Positions 14,220 to 27,870 of a stretch of DNA of 64,000 bases are shown piece after piece (within the stretch, counting starts at the first letter, position 1; the number at the start of each line of letters is the position of its first letter). Source of the stretch: Phoronis australis (lineage: Eukaryota > Animalia > Phoronida); NCBI GenBank assembly GCA_002633005.1, contig NMRA01000250.1, forward strand, positions 413,524 to 477,523, in the 5' to 3' direction. The position numbers were made by a program, and so were the translations under genes. The notes under the pieces were generated by a model. It was not told the DNA's origin. It searched no databases and saw nothing but the letters and a program-made list of their open reading frames with translations.

Positions 14220-14447
14220 ATTGCAGGCGGTCTGATACACGTTGCACCAGTCGTGCACAGGCCGCACATGTGGGCCCATTACACTGACCACATAAAGCCA
14301 TATTTATGTTTTATAAATGTGTAGTTAAACTCGAGCTGAGGAGCTAGAAACCTGACTCAAAGGTTTAGAAGTGTGACACAGTGGGACTCGAACCCAGGAC
14401 CTTGAGTAAAGTAGCGGGCACCTATCACGCTAGTCCACACTGCCTCC
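14220..14447 (-). mobile_element. tRNA-derived SINE (or tRNA pseudogene with tail)
   Basis: A-box-like GTGGACTAGCGTGATA and B box GGTTCGAGTCCC at tRNA spacing (14375-14447). The anticodon arm does not fold well. The 3' boundary is approximate. Confidence 0.6.
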
Positions 14448-17400
14448 TCTAGTTTTTAGGTACCTGCTGTACCTAAATTGTTCAGGTTCAACTCAAACAG
14501 TAATGAAGTCTACTGTAAAGAGCGGAATTATGTTGCTCTTTTGGACCTTCTTTCAATTGTTCAGATGACATTACAACTGAGTGGTGGGGCGGTCATGTTC
14601 CAATCTCAGGCGGTCATGTCCAGTCTCCGACCGTCTTGTTTTGTGGTGGGGCGGTCATGTTCATATATGTGAGTCGATTCCATTTTCTGGTGCGGCGGTC
14701 CCATTTGATTCTCGCAGGTCCTGTTTTGTGGTGAATCGTTCCTATTTGGAAGACCAGCGGTCATGTTTTTGGGTCCGGTGGTCACGTTGTTTCTCACTCG
14801 TGAATAACGACGTTTTTGAGCTGACTGGTCGACCCACAGCGCTTTGCTGACAGTTGTCGTGCTGATTCCGTCTCGTCTTGTATGTTTTCTTATTTCTCAA
14901 TCCAGGAGACACAGTATTGACTGAAGTCATCGAAATATTTCATTTTTAAAGCAAACTGTTCTCGTTGTTACTTTTTATTCTCTTTATGTTTCACCAGCCC
15001 TACGTAACATTTATGTGTGTCTTTGCATGCTTTGATAGAGCCACATACTTTTTTAAAAGTACACCAAACCCGATCTTGGCCTATGAACAGATATTAAAAA
15101 CGACATTCCAATCCAAATCTCTGAAATAAATAACGCTCTGTAAACCTTGACAACCCTCAAAAGTTTGGGAGAAAATTGAAATACTCCTTTCAAAGTCTGC
15201 TAAGCGGAAAAGAGCGACCTACTCTTTTAGTGCATTATTGGGTACCTGTGGGGAAAGACCACCCACCAAGAACAATATTATGCAATTTGTGACAAAGGGA
15301 AATGAGTTTTCTTTACTTGATTTTTGCTTTCAAGGCTCTAGATTGACGCCAATGATGCATTAGGATTGGCTGAAATCATGAAACTAAATGAGCTGTATCA
15401 TTTATCGATAAAGAGTCCAGGAACGTTAAAAACAGACTAAATTGCATTTTCAAAGGGGTTTTCTGCCACTGAAACAGAATTCAACATGTTCACCATGTGA
15501 CGTTTGCCCTTTGAGGTAAACAAAATGATGGCGACTTCAAGCCGCAGCCAATTCGATTAAGTAAGTCCTAAGTGTTTAAAATTATATGAAGGTCTCGTGG
15601 TATCTAAATATATTCTAAAACACGCCTGGAATTCTTTCTGGAAAATCGCTTACTTCATTGGCTTGCCTCATACTGTGCTGTCGACCTTAGCTTCCGTTTA
15701 AAGTATTCTTGTCAAGCAGCTGTTTGTCAAATGACTGTGAGCGCATGCGCGCGTTTATCGTAAATGGGAAGGAGATTAGAAACTCTGTGGTGACTAGAGA
15801 GTGTTTCCTTAGCGCGTATTTCAAAAATCGTGAATTTTGGGATTTTTCTGGGAATTCTCACACTTTCTTAAGGAATTGTTTAACAGATATTCTGACGAGG
15901 TTTCGCCATACATGCTTCTTTAATGTTCGAAATATGCTAATCAATCTTGTAACTTGGGCAACACCTAACTTTCAAAATAGCCGTGCCATATTGCTATCTC
16001 GTCAGACGGCAATCAGGTCTTTGTTGGACATGTGTTCGGAGCCACCGTGTTGGAAAACGTACTAAATTGTTATTTTGACACCATATTTGTTGTTTTATTT
16101 CTAACTTTTTTGGAAATAACAAAACCTGCCACATTACTTTTTTGTTGTCATTTAGTTTGAAAACCTGTCATCAAGTGAAAAATGGGGTCACCAATTTCCG
16201 TCTGAAAGTGAAATTTTTAAAGCACAAACAACAATATTCAGTTATGAAAATAGTACTTAAAATCCTGTCCTTTGCGATACGTGACATTTGCAGTTACAAT
16301 CGCCATTCCTCGTTGGCTGACTTTCAGACGTTTGAGAAGACCAATCTTGTTAAAATGGCTGTCAGTTTCATACAAGTCCACCGAGCTTACTCCTAAAAAG
16401 AAGCGACAGTTTCAGTACACGCTAAAAGGTCGAGAGAAGGGACGTGGGAAAGGTGCGAAGAAGGGACGGTTCCCATGTTCTGCGAGAAAAATCTAGCCAA
16501 AATCATTTGCTCTCATTGAAAATACACGGCATGATCTCGCGTAATCTGGCGAAGTCTTTCTTCTCTTGCAAGGTCTTAGCAAGGTCCTAGCGCTATTCAC
16601 TGAACTCTAATCTCTTTTGACCAAACTAGGTCGATACCAAGTTCGTCAATTTCCGTGTGACATAATCGTGCAACTCAACATATGAACTCATACAATGGAT
16701 TTCCAGCCAAGTACGATACTCGTCTATATTTTAACAGAAAAATATTTTTTACGAGAAAATTCTTACTTCAACTGTGACCAGTCACCACTGCTTTCGCTGC
16801 TTGCCATATTTGAACAATCAATCGGCGAAATTTTGGACCACATTATGACTGCCCTGGGAGTAATATTTTGATATTGGTCCTAGGACTGCCTTATCTTGCA
16901 GCATCACTCATATCTACGGTAAACACTGTTTAACCTGGTTACAAATCATCATCTTACCTTAATTACTACAGTAGCCTTACTACGTGCCATTTTATTTTCT
17001 GGTACTTTCTTCCCGGGTGAAAAGTGATTTTTCACCCGTGTGGTTAGTGCTCTTCACCAGGGGTGGAAATACCAAAAACTTTTTAAAAATGACATATACA
17101 GGCCACCGTACTTGGGGGTGGTCGGAGTCATGTTTTAACGCTTAGTAAGAATTAAATTTACATGCTTGTGAACGTACGGTCGGGATTAAAAAAGGATTAA
17201 CTCGAACCAGTCTTCAGTCTATCGTCACACCGAAAGCTATTAGCACCGGTCTGTAACAACCTGCGCCCACCCACACACGGGGAAAAACGTGACAAGGTTT
17301 ATATACGTTTTTTTTTTACTGGGCTTTGCTGTTTTGATACACTTTGGGCGGCGCACCATTGGGGACGGGGGGGGGGGGGGGGGNNNNNNNNNNNNNNNNN

Positions 17401-17736
17401 NNNNNNNGGGGGGGGGCAGCCCCCCCACTTTTTTCAGTGCTGCGCCGCCCATGCCACTAAACTTCATCAACCTACACCGAAACATCAATTTCTCCAAGTA
17501 ATACCCATAAGTGGACGTAATGGAATTTTCCAGAAGCCGAGCAAAAAATTAGGGGGCTACCACAACTTTTTGTTCTTGGAGTATTGTAGTTGGCACCCAT
17601 CTCTTGCCACAGCGTATATCACAGATAAACAAATATTGTCTATGGAATCTGCTATTTAGGAGAAGGATGATTTTGATTATACTGAATTGCAGCCTGCGCC
17701 AAAAAACACTGAAACATAAATTTCTTACATTTACGA

Positions 17737-17962
17737 CATGAGCGCACCCAGCCTAAAAAGTGGCGCGGGGTTCGAATTTTTGAGAATGTGGATCTTTTAC
17801 TTAGATTCATGGGGACTGTTCAGAGCTATGATTTGTGCATTCACCGAATTTTGGTAGTTCCTGTCTTTTTAGTGAAAGTATGCTTCGTTTTCTTACTTTT
17901 TTGGAGTTTTTGTTTCTCTGAGGCGGTCCCTATTGCCCAATTCGCCAAATGGGGGGAGCATG
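17737..17962. mobile_element. CATG-terminal MITE with 5-bp TSD
   Basis: CATGAGCGCACCCAGCC...GCATG, TSD TACGA. Relatives at 32377-32616 and 33256-33479. Confidence 0.7.
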
Positions 17963-19957
17963 TACGAATCAGGATTTTCAGTTCCAATTTTGTAAACACG
18001 TAAATGAGAAAAGAAGGAGCATGTTGAATTATTCATTAATGTCGTTTATCTACATGCAACTGCTCATGTTCTTCTTTAGATCTGTAGTGTTATTTGGTAA
18101 ACCTTTTATTAGTTCTAGAGGGCATGCACACAGGTGCTGGACCGTGGGCATCCGAACTGAGAAAACGGATGCAAAGTAAAGGTATCCCACGGGGTGGGTG
18201 CCTCTTTCAAGACCTTTTCGTAATTTAGGTGTGTTTACCGGAAGTGCATTTCAGTGGTATTCTGTTACGTGTTTACCGTTAAAAATCGAGGAAACTCTCG
18301 TTTACAACAGACTATACTTTGAAGAATTTGAAATCCGACGGTAAAAAGGTAGAGTTGTCATTACAGTATTTTTCAAAAGAAATGCTGTTCTTGGGGGATT
18401 CTTTGCTCGAGAATATCCACAATTTTGCTTTTTAAGAAACAACCGGGTATTACTCTGACGGAATGGTCTTTAAGATTCAAACTTTTGTTCTTCTAATTCC
18501 CGTATCACGCTATTCTACGTTTCCCACATTCTCAAGTGGATTGCTTAAGCTCCATGTCTTTAAGCAGTGGTGCTTTTAATTATGAAACTATGTGATTTTA
18601 TTGGGTAATTAGAAATGCTATCTACTGCACATCTCCGCGTGAATAGTTTGCCCATTTTTTCATGTGATCTTTTGTGTATTTCGTTGCCAACGTGGCTTCT
18701 GTAATGTTTTCTCGAGTTTTTTCCCATCGAATTCGGCGCTGCTCGAAAGTTTACATGTTTCGTCCGAATTTTCCAAAATCTCCAACTGCTCTCCCCTCAC
18801 GCAATACACCTATCAAAGCTAACCCTGTTAGACCACAAATTGTCGCGATTGCAGAAAACGAGGAAGTACTCAAATATGAATCTTAGTTTAGGATTTCGAA
18901 ACGTTCGTAATTTACTTCAACTCGTGGTCTATGTAGTTGCGCAAGAAATCGTAAAACTCAAATTGAAACAGTTTGTACAGTTCTTCATATCACACACTGC
19001 ATCTTGTTTATGGAGAAGTCTATGGGCAGGATTTTTTCATTTTCGACTAAAAATCAGTCTACACGATTAGCTAAGCATATTTCAGGAAAAAGACTATGGC
19101 TGACATTCAGAAAATTTGTATGCAACTCGAACTAAAAAACTTTATAGCTCTTATTCTCGAAAAGACAGAAGATAACACCTTCCAGAAACGCAAAAGACAA
19201 AAAATGGCTTTTCGTATTTCTGAGTTCTTGCTAAAGTGAAAAGTCATTCGTCTGTTCCAGAAACCAAAGCCTGCAACGTCAAAAATGGTCATTTTCAGCT
19301 GCATGGGTATGCAATACGAAACTTACGATTAACTTATTGATAAAAATGAGACAATCGCTTGCATCTTATACAGTAAGAGTTGTTATATTATTCATGTTCC
19401 CGTCACAACAATATTATTGCAATATTATCACGGGATTATAACTTTCTAGTGCGGAGCAGATGAGCATGCGACATCAGATATAAATAAAGAGGGCAAATCC
19501 AGTGTAGCAACCTTCCGCCCACACACATACTGTACATTATCAATCTGAAGAGAGTTCACATAAACAGAATGACATACGAGTCAAACGTGAATGTAATGTA
19601 ACAACAAAGCCTTCAGAGAAAAATGAACTTAGTGTGAGAAGTGCAAAGCTACAGGTTTCTTACTCCTCTCTGAGGTGTGTTTAGGTTCATTTGCTTATGA
19701 GGCACAGTGGCCAATGAGTAGTTTCCATGTTCTTTTCCACTTGCAGAATCGAAATTCAAATGAGCTGCACAAGTCTTACCCAAACTGGGGTCGACCTCTT
19801 CAAAAAAGTTGGCCTTGCACATAACGTCCACCGTGGGGACAGGCTTTCCACTGGTGCCAGTCTTTCCAGTGTTGTTTCTTCGCACAAGCAACTTGGATAC
19901 CTCGGGCCTCCCTGAAATGCATTGTCCAATACATATGCCATCTGCTAGTATCAACTT

Positions 19958-20567
19958 CCAGTCACACAGCCGATTACGCATGAATCACTCATGAATCTCG
20001 CACAGATTTTCGCTTATGCGTGAAGCTTGCGTCGTATGCGTAATTGGTCGGTGGAACCAACGTGGAGCATCAGTGAATGCAAGTGGCTGTGCGTCGAGGG
20101 GGGTTTGTGCGCAATTTTGAGTTTTGAACGGTTCAAAAATTTTCCAACGCACAACTCTGCGTAGTTTATGCGTCGATTATGCGTGATTATGCGCTGGACA
20201 CGCGTTTGCCGTCAGTGCTTATGCGTCAGAACTGGTACGAAATCACGCACGTCCACGTCCGTCCACTGACGCCCCACCTTCATATCACGCATGAAATACG
20301 CATATATGACGTTCATTCCACTGACATCCACTGACAAACATATCATTTTGGCTTGTATGCGTCGATATGCGCGATATGTCAGTGATTCATCAGTGATTGT
20401 AAGTGATATGTGCGTGGGCCATAGGTGATTCGTCAGTTGTTTGTCAGTGATTTCTAACCTCTACACCCGGAAAATTTGGTCAATTTCTCGACGAACAAAA
20501 CACGCACAAATTGAATTTGTGCGTGTTGTATGAGTGATTCATGCGTGATCGGCTGTGTGACTGGGCC
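19958..20567. mobile_element. Harbinger-like MITE
   Basis: TIR CCAGTCACACAGCCGATTACGCATGAATCACTCAT / ATGAGTGATTCATGCGTGATCGGCTGTGTGACTGGGCC with internal TATGCG/CAGTGA subrepeats. The left tip is eroded. Confidence 0.75.
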
Positions 20568-22484
20568 TATAGACCGAATTCACGCCGTCAGGAGGCGCGT
20601 TCCAAAACGAGGCTCGCTACGATAGCTCTGTTAGCTTATCGGCATAGTTGTATTTCAGTCCGCGTTGCTTCGCGAACGGCTAGAAAAAATACGGCCACTC
20701 AACTGTCTGCTTTACAATCCCTAAAGACGTTGAGATTCGGAAGCGTTGGGTCGTTGCCATACGCCGCAAAATATGTCCGTGTAAAATTTATAACTGTTTT
20801 CGAAAAGTTAGATCATATTTTGTCGCATCTCGGTTGCCAAGCATCATAGTAACGATCGGAGAATGGGCCAGGCAGACTATATTTTCTTGAGTACGTTTTG
20901 AAACATTATAATTTTTCTTTCCAAAAAGGACAGGGCCCTCAATCCCTCGAATTTGGGGCCCAATATCGAGACTATTCCCCTCTCAAAAATATTGCAATAT
21001 CACGCGAAATTCCCCCCACGAGGCATAAAAATTCCCCTAGTGAAAAATCTCTGAGTTCACATCGTCTGTAACCACACAAGTGACAATTTTTAAGAGCACA
21101 AAAGGCTACTTTAAATTGAGACAGAGCCTATGAGAGCTTGCAAAAGGGCGGGGTGCTATTGATGGTGATCGGGAGGTAAATTGTTCCCGCCCTCACTCGG
21201 CGAAAAAATCGCCTCTTAGTAGGCACTGGCACCTTTCCCCTCGGATGAACGAAGCTCCTGGAGAAACATGATAACTATGATTGCTTTGTCCAGTTAACTG
21301 AAATTGAGTTCTAAAACGAGGTTATGCTTTGGACGAACGAATTAGGTGTTTTAATTTTAAAATTCAACTTGGTCCAGATTGATATTTGAAACCTAACGGC
21401 ACATGAAATAGACGTAAGAATTATTATAACCAAGAAAGCAGAATTGATGGTCAAATAATTTTTATTTTCAATTACGAGCCTGGTTTTTTATCTTAATAAA
21501 AATACATTTAATAACATCAACTATTCTTTCAGATCAATGACAAATCAACTGTTAGTCCCAGTGAGTGCATAGGATCAGGCTTGATATTAATATTCTTGAT
21601 CAAACAAATTAAACCAGATGTGACTAATTGCACATGACAGCCACCGCTGTCGAATATGTCTTCAACTCGTCAACAATACGAGCAGATGACCTGGTTCGCG
21701 TAGAAAGTATTTTGATCAACAATTTACAAGAAAAAACGTAACCCTGCATTCAGCATAATACCTAATCCGTAACACTACGATCGCCGCAACTTGGTCACTT
21801 ACTTTTCATGTTTCGAACCTAGTTTTCCGAAAAAATTAAACTCTTTCGTCAGACAACTCTTTGGCGCCTTAACTTGTTCTGTAATGTAATTTTTTACGTC
21901 TCTGTGGTTAATTGTCGACACGTTATTAAAATTTTAATAACCAGGTTGGACTCGAAAGACCGGCTATTTAACTCACGCAATGCCAACTTCCGCTTTGTTT
22001 ATCGCAGTGAGCCTGGCTTTGGATTTTAATGTCCGCCACATGAATTGGGTCTATGGAGTAGCAACTTCTCTTGTCTTCGAAAATCAATTGACTTGAAAAC
22101 TTCACCTTCAATGGGGGAGAGTGTAATCTTTTTACTCGGAATCAAACTCAAAATTACGTGCCATCTTATGATCAGTTTTGTGCGGACTCTCGATTAGTAG
22201 TTATTCGGTTTGTGACCAAATACATTGTGGATATGGGTTTGCAGTTTACATTTGATCTTGATGACCTTATATTCATGCTACGGACAAGAGTATGAACTAG
22301 GGTGTTCGAGTTTTTACTCGAGTCTTCGAGTAAAAACTCCACGTTCGGACACGAAGTTTTAACCTTCATTCTGGAGTCGCCAAATGCTAACTAGGGTTAG
22401 AGAGTTATCTTCGTAGGCCATTAATTACTCGGGCATAGAATAATAGACACTTGTTGTTACTGCAAGCATAATCTGTTGTGAAAA

Positions 22485-22625
22485 ATACATTCATACATAC
22501 ATACATGCATGCATGCATACATACATACATACTTACATACATTCCTACATACATACACACATACATACATGCATGCATACATACATACAGATATATACAA
22601 TCATATGTATATTCATACATACATG
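22485..22625. repeat. (CATA)n imperfect microsatellite
   Basis: Direct reading. Confidence 0.92.
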
Positions 22626-24038
22626 CAAGGAGAATGCAAACTTGATTCAGAAACTTGTAGGTCAAATGCTCCGGAGGACTGAAGATGTGAGAACAGCAAA
22701 AAGCAGCATGATAGACAGTCCGGGATTACGTCAGAAAAAAAAAAATTTATTTTATTAACGTTTATTGGCTTTACAATGCAATGTAAATTTTCATCAACGT
22801 GAACGTGATTATTTGAGTGAACTTGAAGTTCCACGGTGTATTCCATGTTGACACACAGTAAGCGATCTTGAGATTAAGCAGGATTCCTAGTTCACGCACA
22901 ACAGTCGCTTCTACTCGTACACAACTCGTTGAAATAATATGAGCAAGTCAAATGAGCACCGCACCATACGCAGTTTTCCTTGAATAGCTTTTCTGAAACA
23001 GGTCTTCTGTACCCGGTTGCATGAAATAGGGACTCATCTAAGTCCCCTAATTTTACTGCCTGTTTCTGGGCTTGTGAAAACACTGACTATTCTATCCCAC
23101 GCAGTTTGAGAACCAACTGCCAATTTTTGGCTTTGATTCAAATCGAGAGTGAATTCTACATTGAATTCTCAATATTATTGAAGATAAGCGGGGATATTTT
23201 CATGCAACGCCCCCCATTTAAGGACTGAGTGCCTAATTATTTTGATTGAATCAAAGGCTCAGTTTTTATATATGTTATTAGAAAATGCCATTGGCCAAAG
23301 AAGAGTTCTCAATAAAGATAGAATAATAGAAAAAATATCGCATCTGTGCCTAAAGAAAGAATGAAACATACGAAAAAGATTTAGGGAACTTAGTTGAGTG
23401 CCTATTTGGTACTAGTTCATGCAACCGGCCACTGGTGCCGGTCCGTCTTCTTTGTTTCTACCCATAGTTGTTTTACCTGCAGTGTACCTATGCCCACCAT
23501 ATCTTATTTCCATAGAATATCTCAGAAAAATAGATTTTCAGACTACTGTTTTAGTTTTTGAAGATGTCAAACGTCATTATCTTTGGAGATTTTTCCTGCA
23601 CGTATAACAGCACAATTAGTGCATTACCCTACCTGTGATTTAATTCAAAAAACATCGCCGATACTATTTTTACGCCGGTGTGGACACATAGGATGCACTT
23701 CCGAAGCCTCACGCACACGATATAAAAAACAGGTCGGCTTGTTGTTTTCTGAGGCTATGCAGACACACTCCTTCAAAAATTGCGGTGAGTGGTCTGCCAG
23801 GCCTACGCGCGTGCAACATCCTAGATCTGCCAGTGCTGTATCAATAGAAAGTCCGATTTTTTCTATAAAATTCCAAGCTCACTGACTATCCATTCCATGC
23901 TTACGCCTCAATCCTCTAAATCCCGATGGAGCCCATCGATCGTGCACCGAATTTTAGATTTATTAATTCATGTGACGTAATCATGTGACTAATGAGATAT
24001 CTGCTTATTATAAATGCTGCAGTAGTAATACCAGTATT

Positions 24039-24238
24039 TCACGTACAGTAGCACCTGTTTTTATCCGGGTTAAATGTGTCCCATTGTTCATCACCGAGAC
24101 ACTTGGCTTTCATGACTCTTTTGTACGAGCCTGAGAACAGATAACCCTTTTCACATCGATGTTTCACCGTGACACCTTTCCAGACGTTTCCCCTGCGACT
24201 CGCACGGTAGCCGATGTATTCTTCGATATTACACGACT
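24039..24238 (-). CDS. Sushi/CCP-like domain terminal exon
   Basis: Acceptor ttgatttcag, phase 1. C...GVTVKHRCEKGYLFSG...KAKCLGDEQW...RC fits the CCP 4-Cys plus Trp pattern. Stop, then AATAAA at 23959-23964. Upstream exons not identified. Confidence 0.6.
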
Positions 24239-24901
24239 CTGAAATCAAGACGTCATTAGAATCAAGTTGAGTATTTTTAAACGTATGCACCATTTGAAAA
24301 GCATGACTGTTTGCGCTTTCTGAAAAAAATAAACTAATACTCGGATCACTTCTTGCACACTTTGGTGGCGCTGCAAAAATGATTGTTGTCTAGGACACAA
24401 TGCCTCGCTTTAGCATCAAATTTAATAACACAAACGTGAAAGCGCGCAAGTTACAAACATACAGAACCGTTGCACTTTGGACACTACACGTCGTTCTCAA
24501 GCATAATGGCGAATTCGTGCAAGTAATGATATTTTCTTTCCTTTTATACCAGCACTAGCAACGTTTGATTATCTGCTCAAAAAGTCCCACTGGTGTGCAC
24601 GTAATCCAATTTCACACCAATTTGAAAGTTTAATCGAAACGCTTCCAGTGACAGGTCAATTTTTGAGTCGAGTTTTCGAGCACACTTGGAGATTAGACTC
24701 CAGGCACTGGGAAAGCTTTTTTCCCTCAGAACAATGAGATTTTTTCTATTCTGGCCTCATTTGCAATGAGATTGGCTCATCAAATGAGGTTTGGTCTATG
24801 ATGTTTGGCCTACAATTGCTTCAGAATCTATATTCTACGCACTAAAAACAAGTATGACTGGCAATCACCAATTTTAAAGTACTGCAGTTTTAATTAAGCC
24901 G

Positions 24902-24983
24902 CCATCCATCCATCCATCCTTGCATCCATCCATCCATCCTTGCATCCATTCATCCATCCATCCATCCGTCCATCCATCCATCC
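24902..24983. repeat. (CCAT)n microsatellite
   Basis: Direct reading; ends at an N. Confidence 0.92.
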
Positions 24984-27734
24984 NAAAACATGGCTGATCT
25001 TGAAAATTGCCTAATTTTTGTTGACACCATCGGCATTTGTTTAAAAAAAATATTAAAATACGATCCAAAATTGAGCATATGTAGTTTTAAGGCAACGGAA
25101 AAACGAATATTTGACAATCACGAATACTTGGAATGCAGGCCCGTAGGAAGGAGAAATTATTGGGGCGGGGAGGGCACAAACCAATTTGACATCGCCAACC
25201 TACCCCGTTGCTATCGTCACCCCCGCCCGTTCTCTGGATGTCACTTTATTTGTACCGAACCCCACCCCCCACGTCCGCCATAGGTGGGAGTAATACCGGG
25301 GATGCAGTCATCAGGATTTGAGTAACCGTGAACCAAGAAAGATTCACGGAGAGTAAGAATGGGTCTAGGCCCTAAGCACATTGACGGGTAGCTGAGAGCT
25401 GCCTGAAGTAACTATAGCTGGGTCAAAGGTCAAGTTTCCTTTTATTGTTATCCAGTTTCGGGAAAACTTCATTTTATTATGTCCATTCTTTGAAGTAATT
25501 TTTGGAAAGGTGAGGTCCCGAGGTGCCTGGTATGAGTGCCTTTGTGGCCGTTTCAGAATCCCTTGCTGAAACACACCAGGTAGTTCAGTTTGTGGTTGCT
25601 GTGTAAAATTGATACAGAGTGTGTCCCAAAAATGTACACACTTCAATGTCAGGAGTCAAATTCAGTTCCCGTGGGTAACTGAGATTCTATGCAGGCCTAT
25701 TGCATGGTTACATCTTATTTTTAACGTGGGTGTGCCTGTCATGACGTGCTAGATAGACAACAATCGTTTAGTATACTTTTATATTTGGGGATCTGATGAT
25801 AGATCGAATTTTCCCAATCGGTCGGCCTGCAATTAAGTTCATTGAAGTATTGTCATTTCTTACAAGATTGGCTTCTAATTGTCAAAAAAGTCATCTCTCA
25901 ATCACTCCACTTTCGTAGATACATAAACATGTAAATCAGAAACCAACAAATTCATGAGCAATGCGTTTACCTTGATTTAATGACTTAACTCCTTTTTAAT
26001 CCCCTGTTAGTGACTTTAAACAACAAATCTTGTACCGAAGTCAAAAAGCAATCCGGAATGTTATAAGCAATTTCCGCAGACATGCCAGTAGATTTTTAAC
26101 GGGTAACCCGGAGAAATGAGAGATTTATAATAAGGTTTATTTTTGCTCTTTCCGAGATACCTATAACGGTTTAACTTGGCCTCAAAAACTGCTGAAATAT
26201 TTGTTGAATTTGTTTATTATTGCGAGTATTTGGGTACACTCGTTCGACATGTACACGGTCACCCCAATGGTAGCCTCGACAGCAGTGTTTTCCACATGTG
26301 GGAATTCGTTATATACAACTTATAGTAACCATCTTCAAAAGAGATACTATTCTTGTGATAATATGGGAAACAGTAACATTATTTTATAACTAACCATCGG
26401 AAATAGTCCTTTTGTGTAATTAACAAACAGCGGTCTTCACGTTCTTTAAAATTCCGGACTCCCTTTCGATGGCGGTCAATCCTATTCAAATTGTATCTTT
26501 TCACATTTTTTAGTTGTTTGGGTCGAATGTTTTGATACTGCTGTGCTGTGCTCTAATGCTTTGGTTTTTTTGATGAATTTCGAATCACAATTTCCCGCGT
26601 GAATACTTGGCAGTGTTGGATTTACATGTATGGAGGGACAAAGGGACAAATCTCCGAACTGCTCCGCCGAGAAAGGGTCTCGTCTGAAATGGGACATCTT
26701 AAGTATGAAAAGCTAAATATCATTAAGCTTGGAAAAGAGTAATAGTTCACTCCACCGTCGTGTGGTCAGACGACGGTGCAGGAAGTGACCTTCTTCAACA
26801 TGAAAGTTGGTTGCACAATTTCAGAAAAAACAGGAAAATAGACGTAATAGAGGCCAACATTGGGTCCTCTCTTCGTGAGCGTACCCTTAAGAATTTGTCA
26901 ATAGAAACATAAAAACTGTGGCCACTTGAATGTCACCAATTGCGTTCATCAGACGTGAGGCCCCTCTATGTGAAAATATCTATATTTTAAAAAATCAAGA
27001 AATGTCATCAAACTTTCTCAAGTGATATACAATTCGAGAAAAAAGCGACAGTTGTCTCCGGAAAAATATGGTTTTGCAGTCGTAAAATTGACTTACTGAA
27101 ATAAAAAATCCAGTAAATTAATACGCTCCATAAAAGGTTCGCTTTACCAATTTTGTCGATTTTTCGTATTATATGCATGAATCATTACGTGCACGTTTTC
27201 AAATGCGTTTGGACGAGTTGTGCTGCGAAAGCGGAGACCCCAACAATAATGTCCTGGCCATGGTTGTCAAAAGGTAAACCATGCACTGATACAGAGTTGT
27301 TAAATATTCTCTTGTTTTCTCTCTTTTCCGCATTTAGCAGTCTTTCTTTTCTCGACTGTCCCCGCTCCACGCGTATGTCGGTTGCCAAGATTTAACCCTG
27401 GCGCCTGAATTTTTTTTAATGGGGGAGGGGGCACTGCCCCCCGCTACCTACGGCTCTGGAAAAGTATAACTGCAGTCGGTTGGCAATCTAGTCGATCTCT
27501 TTCGAAAAATGTTGATTTCCCACTCCCAAGGGAAACGCACGTGAACATTTAATTCTTAATTATGCTCATATTCAAAATTGTCATGCAAAAGGACTGGTGT
27601 GTAGCGAGTGTCGAATTGGTCTATCGTAAGCCCCGCCCTCCTGCGAAAAGTCACGTAGCACCCGACAAACAAGCAAGATGTCGGAGGCAAATGCTGAACG
27701 ACGTACCTAATACAATCAATGAATGTTTTTGGAC

Positions 27735-27870
27735 GAAAGCCCTTCTTAACACACAACAGGCGATGATCTGAAAGCCCTTATTAACAGACAACAGGCGATG
27801 ATCTGAAAGCCCTTCTTAACAGACAACAGGCGATGATCTGAAAGCCCTTCTTAACAGACAACAGGCGATG
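27735..27870. repeat. 35-bp tandem repeat, about 4 copies
   Basis: GAAAGCCCTTCTTAACAGACAACAGGCGATGATCT units start at 27735, 27770, 27805 and 27840. Confidence 0.92.

Noticed and set aside
14375-14447. Functional tRNA gene
   Set aside because: A and B boxes are present, but there is no clean anticodon stem-loop or oligo-T terminator. A SINE head fits better.
19600-19720. GIY-YIG/Penelope endonuclease fragment (KKPVALHF)
   Set aside because: Only one short motif matches, spacing to the other motifs is wrong, and the frame has multiple stops.
20570-22053. Single 1.5-kb element bounded by TAGACCGAATTCA / TGAATTGGGTCTA
   Set aside because: The similarity is short and there is no TSD; these are likely ends of independent copies.
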